Assembly (NCBI GenBank): GCA_964016885.1
Contig: OZ024743.1
Coordinates: forward strand, 339,388,001-339,452,000
Source of the DNA: Eledone cirrhosa
Taxonomy: Eukaryota
Direction of reading: 5' to 3'
Length of the DNA stretch: 64,000 bases
Shown: positions 30,001 to 45,000 of the stretch, piece after piece
How positions within the stretch are numbered: the first letter of the stretch is position 1
How the letters are laid out: the number at the start of each line of letters is the position of its first letter
Translations under genes and position numbers: made by a program
The notes under the pieces: generated by a model
Told to the model about the DNA's origin: nothing
The model's database searches: none
The model's input: only the letters and a program-made list of their open reading frames with translations

Positions 30001-33000
30001 GGAGCTGGAGGTCTATATATCTCTTACATACACTTCTGCACTCTACCAAGTGGAACTGGGGTCTATATATCTCTTACATACACTTCTGCACTCTACCAAG
30101 TGGAGCTGGGGTCTATATATCTCTTACATACACTCCTGCACTCTACCAAGTGGAGCTGGGGTCTATATATCTCTTACATACACTTCTGCACTCTACCAAG
30201 TGGAGCTGGGGTCTATATATCTCTTACATACACTCCTGCACTCTACCAAGTGGAGCTGGGAGTCTATATCTCTCTTACATACACTCCTGCACTCTACCAA
30301 GTGGAGTTGGGGTCTATATCTCTCTTACATACACTCCTGCACTCTACCAAGTGGAGTTGGGAGTCTATATCTCTCTTACATACACTCCTGCACTCTACCA
30401 AGTGGAGCTGGGGTCTATATATCTCTTACATACACTCCTGCACTCTACCAAGTGGAGCTGGAGGTCTATATATCTCTTACATACACTTCTGCACTCTACC
30501 AAGTGGAGCTGGGGTCTATATATCTCTTACATACACTCCTGCACTGTACCAAGTGGAGCTGGAGGTCTATATATCTCTTACATACACTTCTGCACTCTAC
30601 CAAGTGGAGATGGGGTTCTATATCTCTCTTACATACACTCCTACACTCTACCAAGTGGAGTTTAGGAATCTATATCTCTCTTACATACACTCCTGCACTC
30701 TACCAAGTGGAGCTGAGAGTCTATATCTCTATTACATACACTCCTGCACTCTACCAAGTGGAGCTGGGAGTCTATATCTCTCTTACATACACTCCTTCAC
30801 TCTACCAAGTGGAGTTGGGAGTCTATATTTCTCTTACATACACTCCTGCAATCTACCAAGTGGAGCTGGGGCTTTATATCTCTCTTACATACACTCCTGC
30901 ACTCTACCAAGTGGAGTTGGGGGTCTATATATCTCTTACATACACTCCTGCACTCTACCAAGTGGAGTTGGGGGTCTATATCTCACTTACATACACTTCT
31001 GCACTCTACCAAGTGGAACTGGGGTTCTATATTTCTCTTAAATACACTCCTTCACTCTACCAAGTGGAGTTGGGGGGTCTATATCTCTTACATACAATCC
31101 TGCCCTCTACCAAGTGGAGTTGGGGGGTTCTATCTCTCTTACATACACTCCTGCACTCTACCAAGTGGAGCTGGGAGTCTATATCTCTCTTACATACACT
31201 CCTGCACTCTACCAAGTGGAGCTGGGAGTCTATATCTCTCTTACATACACTCCTGCACTCTACCAAGTGGAGTTGGGGGTCTATATCTCTCTTACATACA
31301 CTCCTGCACTCTACCAAGTGGAGTTGGGGGGTCTATATCTCTCTTACATACACTCCTGCACCTACCAAGTGGAGCTGGGGTTCTATATCTCTTACATACA
31401 ATCCTGCCCTCTACCAAGTGGAGTTGGGGGGTTCTATCTCTCTTACATACACTCCTGAACTCTACCAAGTGGAGCTGGGGTTCTATATCTCCCTTACATA
31501 CACTCCTGCACTCTACCAAGTGGAGCTGGGAGTCTATATCTCTTACATACACTTCTGCACTCTACCAAGTGGAGCTGGGGTCTATATATCTCTTACATAC
31601 ACTCCTGCACTCTACCAAGTGGAGCTGGGGTCTATATATCTCTTACATACACTTCTGCACTCTACCAAGTGGAGCTGGGAGTCTATATCTCTCTTACATA
31701 CACTCCTGCACTCTACCAAGTGGAGTTGGGGTCTATATCTCTCTTACATACACTCCTGCACTCTACCAAGTGGAGTTGGGAGTCTATATCTCTCTTACAT
31801 ACACTCCTGCACTCTACCAAGTGGAGCTGGGGTCTATATATCTCTTACATACACTCCTGCACTCTACCAAGTGGAGCTGGAGGTCTATATCTCTCTTACA
31901 TACACTCCTGCACTCTACCAAGTGGAGTTGGGGGTCTATATATCTCTTACATACACTCCTGCACTCTACCAAGTGGAGCTGGGAGTCTATATCTCTCTTA
32001 CATACACTCCTGCACTCTACCAAGTGGAGCTGGGAGTCTATATCTCTCTTACATACACTCCTGCACTCTACCAAGTGGAGTTGGGGGTCTATATCTCTCT
32101 TACATACACTCCTGCACTCTACCAAGTGGAGTTGGGGGGTCTATATCTCTCTTACATACACTCCTGCACTCTACCAAGTGGAGCTGGGGTTCTATATCTC
32201 CCTTACATACACTCCTGCACTCTACCAAGTGGAGCTGGGAGTCTATATCTCTTACATACACTTCTGCACTCTACCAAGTGGAGCTGGGAGTCTATATCTC
32301 TCTTACATACACTCCTGCACTCTACCAAGTGGAGCTGGGAGTCTATATCTCTCTTACATACACTCCTTCACTCTACCAAGTGGAGTTGGGAGTCTATATT
32401 TCTCTTACATACACTCCTGCACTCTACCAAGTGGAGTTGCGGGGTCTATATCTCTCTTACATACACTCCTGCACTCTACCAAGTGGAGCTGGGAGTCTAT
32501 ATCTCTTACATACACTCCTGCACTCTACCAAGTGGAGTTGGGGGTCTATATCTCTCTTACATACACTCCTGCACTCTACCAAGTGGAACTGGGGTCTATA
32601 TATCTCTTACATACACTCCTGCACTCTACCAAGTGGAGCTGGGGCTTTATATCTCTCTTACATACACTCCTGCACTCTACCAAGTGGAGTTGGGGGTCTA
32701 TATATCTCTTACATACACTCCTGCACTCTACCAAGTGGAGTTGGGGGTCTATATCTCGCTTACATACACTTCTGCACTCTACCAAGTGGAACTGGGGTTC
32801 TATATTTCTCTTACATACACTCCTTCACTCAACTAAGTGGAGTTGGGGGTCTATATCGCTTACATACAATCCTACCCTCTACCAAGTGGAGTTGGGGGGT
32901 TCTATCTCTCTTACATACACTCCTGCACTCTACCAAGTGGAGTTGGGGGGTCTATATCTCTCTTACATACACTCCTGCACTCTACCAAGTGGAGTTGGGG

Positions 33001-36000
33001 GTCTATATCTCTCTTATGTACACTCCTGCACTCTACCAAGTGGAGTTGGGAGTCTATATATCTCTTACATACACTCCTGCACTCTACCAAGTGGAGCTGG
33101 AGGTCTATATATCTCTTACATACACTTCTGCACTCTACCAAGTGGAACTGGGGTCTATATATCTCTTACATACACTTCTGCACTCTACCAAGTGGAGCTG
33201 GGGTCTATATATCTCTTACATACACTCCTGCACTCTACCAAGTGGAGCTGGGGTCTATATATCTCTTACATACACTTCTGCACTCTACCAAGTGGAGCTG
33301 GGGTCTATATATCTCTTACATACACTCCTGCACTCTACCAAGTGGAGCTGGGAGTCTATATCTCTCTTACATACACTCCTGCACTCTACCAAGTGGAGTT
33401 GGGGTCTATATCTCTCTTACATACACTCCTGCACTCTACCAAGTGGAGTTGGGAGTCTATATCTCTCTTACATACACTCCTGCACTCTACCAAGTGGAGC
33501 TGGGGTCTATATATCTCTTACATACACTCCTGCACTCTACCAAGTGGAGCTGGAGGTCTATATATCTCTTACATACACTTCTGCACTCTACCAAGTGGAG
33601 CTGGGGTCTATATATCTCTTACATACACTCCTGCACTGTACCAAGTGGAGCTGGAGGTCTATATATCTCTTACATACACTTCTGCACTCTACCAAGTGGA
33701 GATGGGGTTCTATATCTCTCTTACATACACTCCTACACTCTACCAAGTGGAGTTTAGGAATCTATATCTCTCTTACATACACTCCTGCACTCTACCAAGT
33801 GGAGCTGAGAGTCTATATCTCTATTACATACACTCCTGCACTCTACCAAGTGGAGCTGGGAGTCTATATCTCTCTTACATACACTCCTTCACTCTACCAA
33901 GTGGAGTTGGGAGTCTATATTTCTCTTACATACACTCCTGCAATCTACCAAGTGGAGCTGGGGCTTTATATCTCTCTTACATACACTCCTGCACTCTACC
34001 AAGTGGAGTTGGGGGTCTATATATCTCTTACATACACTCCTGCACTCTACCAAGTGGAGTTGGGGGTCTATATCTCACTTACATACACTTCTGCACTCTA
34101 CCAAGTGGAACTGGGGTTCTATATTTCTCTTAAATACACTCCTTCACTCTACCAAGTGGAGTTGGGGGGTCTATATCTCTTACATACAATCCTGCCCTCT
34201 ACCAAGTGGAGTTGGGGGGTTCTATCTCTCTTACATACACTCCTGCACTCTACCAAGTGGAGCTGGGAGTCTATATCTCTCTTACATACACTCCTGCACT
34301 CTACCAAGTGGAGCTGGGAGTCTATATCTCTCTTACATACACTCCTGCACTCTACCAAGTGGAGTTGGGGGTCTATATCTCTCTTACATACACTCCTGCA
34401 CTCTACCAAGTGGAGTTGGGGGGTCTATATCTCTCTTACATACACTCCTGCACCTACCAAGTGGAGCTGGGGTTCTATATCTCTTACATACAATCCTGCC
34501 CTCTACCAAGTGGAGTTGGGGGGTTCTATCTCTCTTACATACACTCCTGAACTCTACCAAGTGGAGCTGGGGTTCTATATCTCCCTTACATACACTCCTG
34601 CACTCTACCAAGTGGAGCTGGGAGTCTATATCTCTTACATACACTTCTGCACTCTACCAAGTGGAGCTGGGGTCTATATATCTCTTACATACACTCCTGC
34701 ACTCTACCAAGTGGAGCTGGGGTCTATATATCTCTTACATACACTTCTGCACTCTACCAAGTGGAGCTGGGAGTCTATATCTCTCTTACATACACTCCTG
34801 CACTCTACCAAGTGGAGTTGGGGTCTATATCTCTCTTACATACACTCCTGCACTCTACCAAGTGGAGTTGGGAGTCTATATCTCTCTTACATACACTCCT
34901 GCACTCTACCAAGTGGAGCTGGGGTCTATATATCTCTTACATACACTCCTGCACTCTACCAAGTGGAGCTGGAGGTCTATATCTCTCTTACATACACTCC
35001 TGCACTCTACCAAGTGGAGTTGGGGGTCTATATATCTCTTACATACACTCCTGCACTCTACCAAGTGGAGTTGGGGGTCTATATCTCACTTACATACACT
35101 TCTGCACTCTACCAAGTGGAACTGGGGTTCTATATTTCTCTTAAATACACTCCTTCACTCTACCAAGTGGAGTTGGGGGTCTATATCTCTTACATACAAT
35201 CCTGCCCTCTACCAAGTGGAGTTGGGGGGTTCTATCTCTCTTACATACACTCCTGCACTCTACCAAGTGGAGCTGGGAGTCTATATCTCTCTTACATACA
35301 CTCCTGCACTCTACCAAGTGGAGCTGGGAGTCTATATCTCTCTTACATACACTCCTGCACTCTACCAAGTGGAGTTGGGGGTCTATATCTCTCTTACATA
35401 CACTCCTGCACTCTACCAAGTGGAGTTGGGGGGTCTATATCTCTCTTACATACACTCCTGCACTCTACCAAGTGGAGCTGGGGTTCTATATCTCCCTTAC
35501 ATACACTCCTGCACTCTACCAAGTGGAGCTGGGAGTCTATATCTCTTACATACACTTCTGCACTCTACCAAGTGGAGCTGGGAGTCTATATCTCTCTTAC
35601 ATACACTCCTGCACTCTACCAAGTGGAGCTGGGAGTCTATATCTCTCTTACATACACTCCTTCACTCTACCAAGTGGAGTTGGGAGTCTATATCTCTTAC
35701 ATACACTCCTGCACTCTACCAAGTGGAGTTGGGGGTCTATATCTCTCTTACATACACTCCTGCACTCTACCAAGTGGAACTGGGGTCTATATATCTCTTA
35801 CATACACTCCTGCACTCTACCAAGTGGAGCTGGGGCTTTATATCTCTCTTACATACACTCCTGCACTCTACCAAGTGGAGTTGGGGGTCTATATATCTCT
35901 TACATACACTCCTGCACTCTACCAAGTGGAGTTGGGGGTCTATATCTCGCTTACATACACTTCTGCACTCTACCAAGTGGAACTGGGGTTCTATATTTCT

Positions 36001-39000
36001 CTTACATACACTCCTTCACTCAACTAAGTGGAGTTGGGGGTCTATATCGCTTACATACAATCCTACCCTCTACCAAGTGGAGTTGGGGGGTTCTATCTCT
36101 CTTACATACACTCCTGCACTCTACCAAGTGGAGCTGGGAGTCTATATCTCTCTTACATACACTCCTGCACTCTACCAAGTGGAGTTGGGGGGTCTATATC
36201 TCTCTTACATACACTCCTGCACTCTACCAAGTGGAGTTGGGGGTCTATATCTCTCTTATGTAAACTCCTGCACTCTACCAAGTGGAACTGGGGTCTATAT
36301 ATCTCTTACATACACTCCTGCACTCTACCAAGTGGAGTTGGGGGTCTATATCTCTCTTACGTACACTCCTGCACTCTACCAAGTGGAACTGGGGTCTATA
36401 TATCTCTTACATACACTTCTGCACTCTACCAAGTGGAGCTGGGGTCTATATATCTCTTACATACACTCCTGCACTCTACCAAGTGGAGCTGGGGTCTATA
36501 TATCTCTTACATACAATCCTGCCCTCTACCAAGTGGAGTTGGGGGGTTCTATCTCTCTTACATACACTCCTGAACTCTACCAAGTGGAGCTGGGGTTCTA
36601 TATCTCCCTTACATACACTCCTGCACTCTACCAAGTGGAGCTGGGAGTCTATATCTCTTACATACACTTCTGCACTCTACCAAGTGGAGCTGGGGTCTAT
36701 ATATCTCTTACATACACTCCTGCACTCTACCAAGTGGAGCTGGGGTCTATATATCTCTTACATACACTTCTGCACTCTACCAAGTGGAGCTGGGGTCTAT
36801 ATATCTCTTACATACACTCCTGCACTCTACCAAGTGGAGCTGGGGTCTATATATCTCTTACATACACTCCTGCACTCTACCAAGTGGAGCTGGAGGTCTA
36901 TATATCTCTTACATACACTCCTGCACTCTACCAAGTGGAGCTGGGGTCTATATATCTCTTACATACACTCCTGCACTGTACCAAGTGGAGCTGGAGGTCT
37001 ATATATCTCTTACATACACTTCTGCACTCTACCAAGTGGAGATGGGGTTCTATATCTCTCTTACATACACTCCTACACTCTACCAAGTGGAGTTTAGAAT
37101 CTATATCTCTCTTACATACACTCCTGCACTCTACCAAGTGGAGCTGAGAGTCTATATCTCTATTACATACACTCCTGCACTCTACCAAGTGGAGCTGGGA
37201 GTCTATATCTCTCTTACATACACTCCTTCACTCTACCAAGTGGAGTTGGGAGTCTATATTTCTCTTACATACACTCCTGCAATCTACCAAGTGGAGCTGG
37301 GGCTTTATATCTCTCTTACATACACTCCTGCACTCTACCAAGTGGAGTTGGGGGTCTATATATCTCTTACATACACTCCTGCACTCTACCAAGTGGAGTT
37401 GGGGGTCTATATCTCACTTACATACACTTCTGCACTCTACCAAGTGGAACTGGGGTTCTATATTTCTCTTAAATACACTCCTTCACTCTACCAAGTGGAG
37501 TTGGGGGTCTATATCTCTTACATACAATCCTGCCCTCTACCAAGTGGAGTTGGGAGGTTCTATCTCTCTTACATACACTCCTGCACTCTACCAAGTGGAG
37601 CTGGGAGTCTATATCTCTCTTACATACACTCCTGCACTCTACCAAGTGGAGCTGGGAGTCTATATCTCTCTTACATACACTCCTGCACTCTACCAAGTGG
37701 AGTTGGGGGTCTATATCTCTCTTACATACACTCCTGCACTCTACCAAGTGGAGTTGGGGGGTCTATATCTCTCTTACATACACTCCTGCACTCTACCAAG
37801 TGGAGCTGGGGTTCTATATCTCCCTTACATACACTCCTGCACTCTACCAAGTGGAGCTGGGAGTCTATATCTCTTACATACACTTCTGCACTCTACCAAG
37901 TGGAGCTGGGAGTCTATATCTCTCTTACATACACTCCTGCACTCTACCAAGTGGAGCTGGGAGTCTATATCTCTCTTACATACACTCCTTCACTCTACCA
38001 AGTGGAGTTGGGAGTCTATATTTCTCTTACATACACTCCTGCACTCTACCAAGTGGAGTTGCGGGGTCTATATCTCTCTTACATACACTCCTGCACTCTA
38101 CCAAGTGGAGCTGGGAGTCTATATCTCTTACATACACTCCTGCACTCTACCAAGTGGAGTTGGGGGTCTATATCTCTCTTACATACACTCCTGCACTCTA
38201 CCAAGTGGAACTGGGGTCTATATATCTCTTACATACACTCCTGCACTCTACCAAGTGGAGCTGGGGCTTTATATCTCTCTTACATACACTCCTGCACTCT
38301 ACCAAGTGGAGTTGGGGGTCTATATATCTCTTACATACACTCCTGCACTCTACCAAGTGGAGTTGGGGGTCTATATCTCGCTTACATACACTTCTGCACT
38401 CTACCAAGTGGAACTGGGGTTCTATATTTCTCTTACATACACTCCTTCACTCTACTAAGTGGAGTTGGGGGTCTATATCGCTTACATACAATCCTACCCT
38501 CTACCATGTGGAGTTGGGGGGTTCTATCTCTCTTACATACACTCCTGCACTCTACCAAGTGGAGCTGGGAGTCTATATCTCTCTTACATACACTCCTGCA
38601 CTCTACCAAGTGGAGTTGGGGGGTCTATATCTCTCTTACATACACTCCTGCACTCTACCAAGTGGAGTTGGGGGTCTATATCTCTCTTATGTACACTCCT
38701 GCACTCTACCAAGTGGAACTGGGGTCTATATATCTCTTACATACACTCCTGCACTCTACCAAGTGGAGTTGGGGGTCTATATCTCTCTTACGTACACTCC
38801 TGCACTCTACCAAGTGGAACTGGGGTCTATATATCTCTTACATACACTTCTGCACTCTACCAAGTGGAGCTGGGGTCTATATATCTCTTACATACACTCC
38901 TGCACTCTACCAAGTGGAGCTGGGGTCTATATATCTCTTACATACACTTCTGCACTCTACCAAGTGGAGCTGGGGTCTATATATCTCTTACATACACTCC

Positions 39001-42000
39001 TGCACTCTACCAAGTGGAGCTGGGAGTCTATATCTCTCTTACATACACTCCTGCACTCTACCAAGTGGAGTTGGGGTCTATATCTCTCTTACATACACTC
39101 CTGCACTCTACCAAGTGGAGTTGGGAGTCTATATCTCTCTTACATACACTCCTGCACTCTACCAAGTGGAGCTGGGGTCTATATATCTCTTACATACACT
39201 CCTGCACTCTACCAAGTGGAGCTGGAGGTCTATATATCTCTTACATACACTCCTGCACTCTACCAAGTGGAGCTGGGGTCTATATATCTCTTACATACAC
39301 TCCTGCACTGTACCAAGTGGAGCTGGAGGTCTATATATCTCTTACATACACTTCTGCACTCTACCAAGTGGAGATGGGGTTCTATATCTCTCTTACATAC
39401 ACTCCTACACTCTACCAAGTGGAGTTTAGAATCTATATCTCTCTTACATACACTCCTGCACTCTACCAAGTGGAGCTGAGAGTCTATATCTCTATTACAT
39501 ACACTCCTGCACTCTACCAAGTGGAGCTGGGAGTCTATATCTCTCTTACATACACTCCTTCACTCTACCAAGTGGAGTTGGGAGTCTATATTTCTCTTAC
39601 ATACACTCCTGCAATCTACCAAGTGGAGCTGGGGCTTTATATCTCTCTTACATACACTCCTGCACTCTACCAAGTGGAGTTGGGGGTCTATATATCTCTT
39701 ACATACACTCCTGCACTCTACCAAGTGGAACTGGGGTCTATATCTCACTTACATACACTTCTGCACTCTACCAAGTGGAACTGGGGTTCTATATTTCTCT
39801 TAAATACACTCCTTCACTCTACCAAGTGGAGTTGGGGGTCTATATCTCTTACATACAATCCTGCCCTCTACCAAGTGGAGTTGGGGGGTTCTATCTCTCT
39901 TACATACACTCCTGCACTCTACCAAGTGGAGCTGGGAGTCTATATCTCTCTTACATACACTCCTGCACTCTACCAAGTGGAGCTGGGAGTCTATATCTCT
40001 CTTACATACACTCCTGCACTCTACCAAGTGGAGTTGGGGGTCTATATCTCTCTTACATACACTCCTGCACTCTACCAAGTGGAGTTGGGGGGTCTATATC
40101 TCTCTTACATACACTCCTGCACTCTACCAAGTGGAGCTGGGGTTCTATATCTCTTACATACAATCCTGCCCTCTACCAAGTGGAGTTGGGGGGTTCTATC
40201 TCTCTTACATACACTCCTGAACTCTACCAAGTGGAGCTGGGGTTCTATATCTCCCTTACATACACTCCTGCACTCTACCAAGTGGAGCTGGGAGTCTATA
40301 TCTCTTACATACACTTCTGCACTCTACCAAGTGGAGCTGGGAGTCTATATCTCTCTTACATACACTCCTGCACTCTACCAAGTGGAGCTGGGAGTCTATA
40401 TCTCTCTTACATACACTCCTTCACTCTACCAAGTGGAGTTGGGAGTCTATATTTCTCTTACATACACTCCTGCACTCTACCAAGTGGAGTTGCGGGGTCT
40501 ATATCTCTCTTACATACACTCCTGCACTCTACCAAGTGGAGCTGGGAGTCTATATCTCTTACATACACTCCTGCACTCTACCAAGTGGAGTTGGGGGTCT
40601 ATATCTCTCTTACGTACACTCCTGCACTCTACCAAGTGGAACTGGGGTCTATATATCTCTTACATACACTTCTGCACTCTACCAAGTGGAGCTGGGGTCT
40701 ATATATCTCTTACATACACTCCTGCACTCTACCAAGTGGAGCTGGGGTCTATATATCTCTTACATACACTTCTGCACTCTACCAAGTGGAGCTGGGGTCT
40801 ATATATCTCTTACATACACTCCTGCACTCTACCAAGTGGAGCTGGGAGTCTATATCTCTCTTACATACACTCCTGCACTCTACCAAGTGGAGTTGGGGTC
40901 TATATCTCTCTTACATACACTCCTGCACTCTACCAAGTGGAGTTGGGAGTCTATATCTCTCTTACATACACTCCTGCACTCTACCAAGTGGAGCTGGGGT
41001 CTATATATCTCTTACATACACTCCTGCACTCTACCAAGTGGAGCTGGAGGTCTATATATCTCTTACATACACTCCTGCACTCTACCAAGTGGAGCTGGGG
41101 TCTATATATCTCTTACATACACTCCTGCACTGTACCAAGTGGAGCTGGAGGTCTATATATCTCTTACATACACTTCTGCACTCTACCAAGTGGAGATGGG
41201 GTTCTATATCTCTCTTACATACACTCCTACACTCTACCAAGTGGAGTTTAGAATCTATATCTCTCTTACATACACTCCTGCACTCTACCAAGTGGAGCTG
41301 AGAGTCTATATCTCTATTACATACACTCCTGCACTCTACCAAGTGGAGCTGGGAGTCTATATCTCTCTTACATACACTCCTTCACTCTACCAAGTGGAGT
41401 TGGGAGTCTATATTTCTCTTACATACACTCCTGCAATCTACCAAGTGGAGCTGGGGCTTTATATCTCTCTTACATACACTCCTGCACTCTACCAAGTGGA
41501 GTTGGGGGTCTATATATCTCTTACATACACTCCTGCACTCTACCAAGTGGAACTGGGGTCTATATCTCACTTACATACACTTCTGCACTCTACCAAGTGG
41601 AACTGGGGTTCTATATTTCTCTTAAATACACTCCTTCACTCTACCAAGTGGAGTTGGGGGTCTATATCTCTTACATACAATCCTGCCCTCTACCAAGTGG
41701 AGTTGGGGGGTTCTATCTCTCTTACATACACTCCTGCACTCTACCAAGTGGAGCTGGGAGTCTATATCTCTCTTACATACACTCCTGCACTCTACCAAGT
41801 GGAGCTGGGAGTCTATATCTCTCTTACATACACTCCTGCACTCTACCAAGTGGAGTTGGGGGTCTATATCTCTCTTACATACACTCCTGCACTCTACCAA
41901 GTGGAGTTGGGGGGTCTATATCTCTCTTACATACACTCCTGCACTCTACCAAGTGGAGCTGGGGTTCTATATCTCTTACATACAATCCTGCCCTCTACCA

Positions 42001-45000
42001 AGTGGAGTTGGGGGGTTCTATCTCTCTTACATACACTCCTGAACTCTACCAAGTGGAGCTGGGGTTCTATATCTCCCTTACATACACTCCTGCACTCTAC
42101 CAAGTGGAGCTGGGAGTCTATATCTCTTACATACACTTCTGCACTCTACCAAGTGGAGCTGGGAGTCTATATCTCTCTTACATACACTCCTGCACTCTAC
42201 CAAGTGGAGCTGGGAGTCTATATCTCTCTTACATACACTCCTTCACTCTACCAAGTGGAGTTGGGAGTCTATATTTCTCTTACATACACTCCTGCACTCT
42301 ACCAAGTGGAGTTGCGGGGTCTATATCTCTCTTACATACACTCCTGCACTCTACCAAGTGGAGCTGGGAGTCTATATCTCTTACATACACTCCTGCACTC
42401 TACCAAGTGGAGTTGGGGGTCTATATCTCTCTTACATACACTCCTGCACTCTACCAAGTGGAACTGGGGTCTATATATCTCTTACATACACTCCTGCACT
42501 CTACCAAGTGGAGCTGGGGCTTTATATCTCTCTTACATACACTCCTGCACTCTACCAAGTGGAGTTGGGCGTCTATATATCTGTTACATACACTCCTGCA
42601 CTCTACCAAGTGGAGTTGGGGGTCTATATCTCGCTTACATACACTTCTGCACTCTACCAAGTGGAACTGGGGTTCTATATTTCTCTTACATACACTCCTT
42701 CACTCTACTAAGTGGAGTTGGGGGTCTATATCGCTTACATACAATCCTACCCTCTACCAAGTGGAGTTGGGGGGTTCTATCTCTCTTACATACACTCCTG
42801 CACTCTACCAAGTGGAGCTGGGAGTCTATATCTCTCTTACATACACTCCTGCACTCTACCAAGTGGAGTTGGGGGGTCTATATCTCTCTTACATACACTC
42901 CTGCACTCTACCAAGTGGAGTTGGGGGTCTATATCTCTCTTATGTACACTCCTGCACTCTACCAAGTGGAACTGGGGTCTATATATCTCTTACATACACT
43001 CCTGCACTCTACCAAGTGGAGTTGGGGGTCTATATCTCTCTTACGTACACTCCTGCACTCTACCAAGTGGAACTGGGGTCTATATATCTCTTACATACAC
43101 TTCTGCACTCTACCAAGTGGAGCTGGGGTCTATATATCTCTTACATACACTCCTGCACTCTACCAAGTGGAGCTGGGGTCTATATCTCTCCTACATACAC
43201 TCCTGCACTCTACCAAGTGGAACTGGGGTCTATATATCTCTTACATACACTCCTGCACTCTACCAAGTGGAGTTGGGGGTCTATATCTCTCTTACATACA
43301 CTCCTGCACTCTACCAAGTGGAACTGGGGTCTATATATCTCTTAGATACACTTCTGCACTCTACCAAGTGGAGCTGGGGTCTATATATCTCTTACATACA
43401 CTCCTGCACTCTACCAAGTGGAGCTGGAGGTCTATATATCTCTTACATACACTCCTGCACTCTACCAAGTGGAGCTGGGGTCTATATATCTCTTACATAC
43501 ACTCCTGCACTGTACCAAGTGGAGCTGGAGGTCTATATATCTCTTACATACACTTCTGCACTCTACCAAGTGGAGATGGGGTTCTATATCTCTCTTACAT
43601 ACACTCCTACACTCTACCAAGTGGAGTTTAGAATCTATATCTCTCTTACATACACTCCTGCACTCTACCAAGTGGAGCTGAGAGTCTATATCTCTATTAC
43701 ATACACTCCTGCACTCTACCAAGTGGAGCTGGGAGTCTATATCTCTCTTACATATACTCCTGCACTCTACCAAGTGGAGCTGGAGGTCTATATCTCTCTT
43801 ACATACACTCCTGCATTCTACCAAGTGGAGTTGTGGGTCTATATCTCTTTTACGTACACTCCTGCACTCTACCAAGTGGAGCTGGGGTTCTATATCTCTC
43901 TTACATACAGTCCTGCACTCTACCAAGTGGAGCTGGGAGTCTATATCTCTTACATACACTTCTGCACTCTACCAAGTGGAGCTGGGAGTCTATATCTCTA
44001 TTACATACACTCCTGCACTCTACCAAGTGGAGCTGGGAGTCTATATCTCTCTTACATACACTCCTTCACTCTCCCAAGTGGAGTTAGGAGTCTATATTTC
44101 TCTTACATACACTCCTGCACTCTACCAAGTGGAGTTGCGGGGTCTATATCTCTCTTACATACACTCCTGCACTCTACCAAGTGGAGCTGGGGTTCTATAT
44201 CTCTTACATACAATCCTGCCCTCTACCAAGTGGAGTTGGGGGGTTCTATCTCTCTTACATACACTCCTGAACTCTACCAAGTGGAGCTGGGGTTCTATAT
44301 CTCCCTTACATACACTCCTGCACTCTACCAAGTGGAGCTGGGAGTCTATATCTCTTACATACACTTCTGCACTCTACCAAGTGGAGCTGGGAGTCTATAT
44401 CTCTCTTACATACACTCCTGCACTCTACCAAGTGGAGCTGGGAGTCTATATCTCTCTTACATACACTCCTTCACTCTACCAAGTGGAGTTGGGAGTCTAT
44501 ATTTCTCTTACATACACTCCTGCACTCTACCAAGTGGAGTTGCGGGGTCTATATCTCTCTTACATACACTCCTGCACTCTACCAAGTGGAGCTGGGAGTC
44601 TATATCTCTTACATACACTCCTGCACTCTACCAAGTGGAGTTGGGGGTCTATATCTCTCTTACATACACTCCTGCACTCTACCAAGTGGAACTGGGGTCT
44701 ATATATCTCTTACATACACTCCTGCACTCTACCAAGTGGAGCTGGGGCTTTATATCTCTCTTACATACACTCCTGCACTCTACCAAGTGGAGTTGGGCGT
44801 CTATATATCTGTTACATACACTCCTGCACTCTACCAAGTGGAGTTGGGGGTCTATATCTCGCTTACATACACTTCTGCACTCTACCAAGTGGAACTGGGG
44901 TTCTATATTTCTCTTACATACACTCCTTCACTCTACTAAGTGGAGTTGGGGGTCTATATCGCTTACATACAATCCTACCCTCTACCAAGTGGAGTTGGGG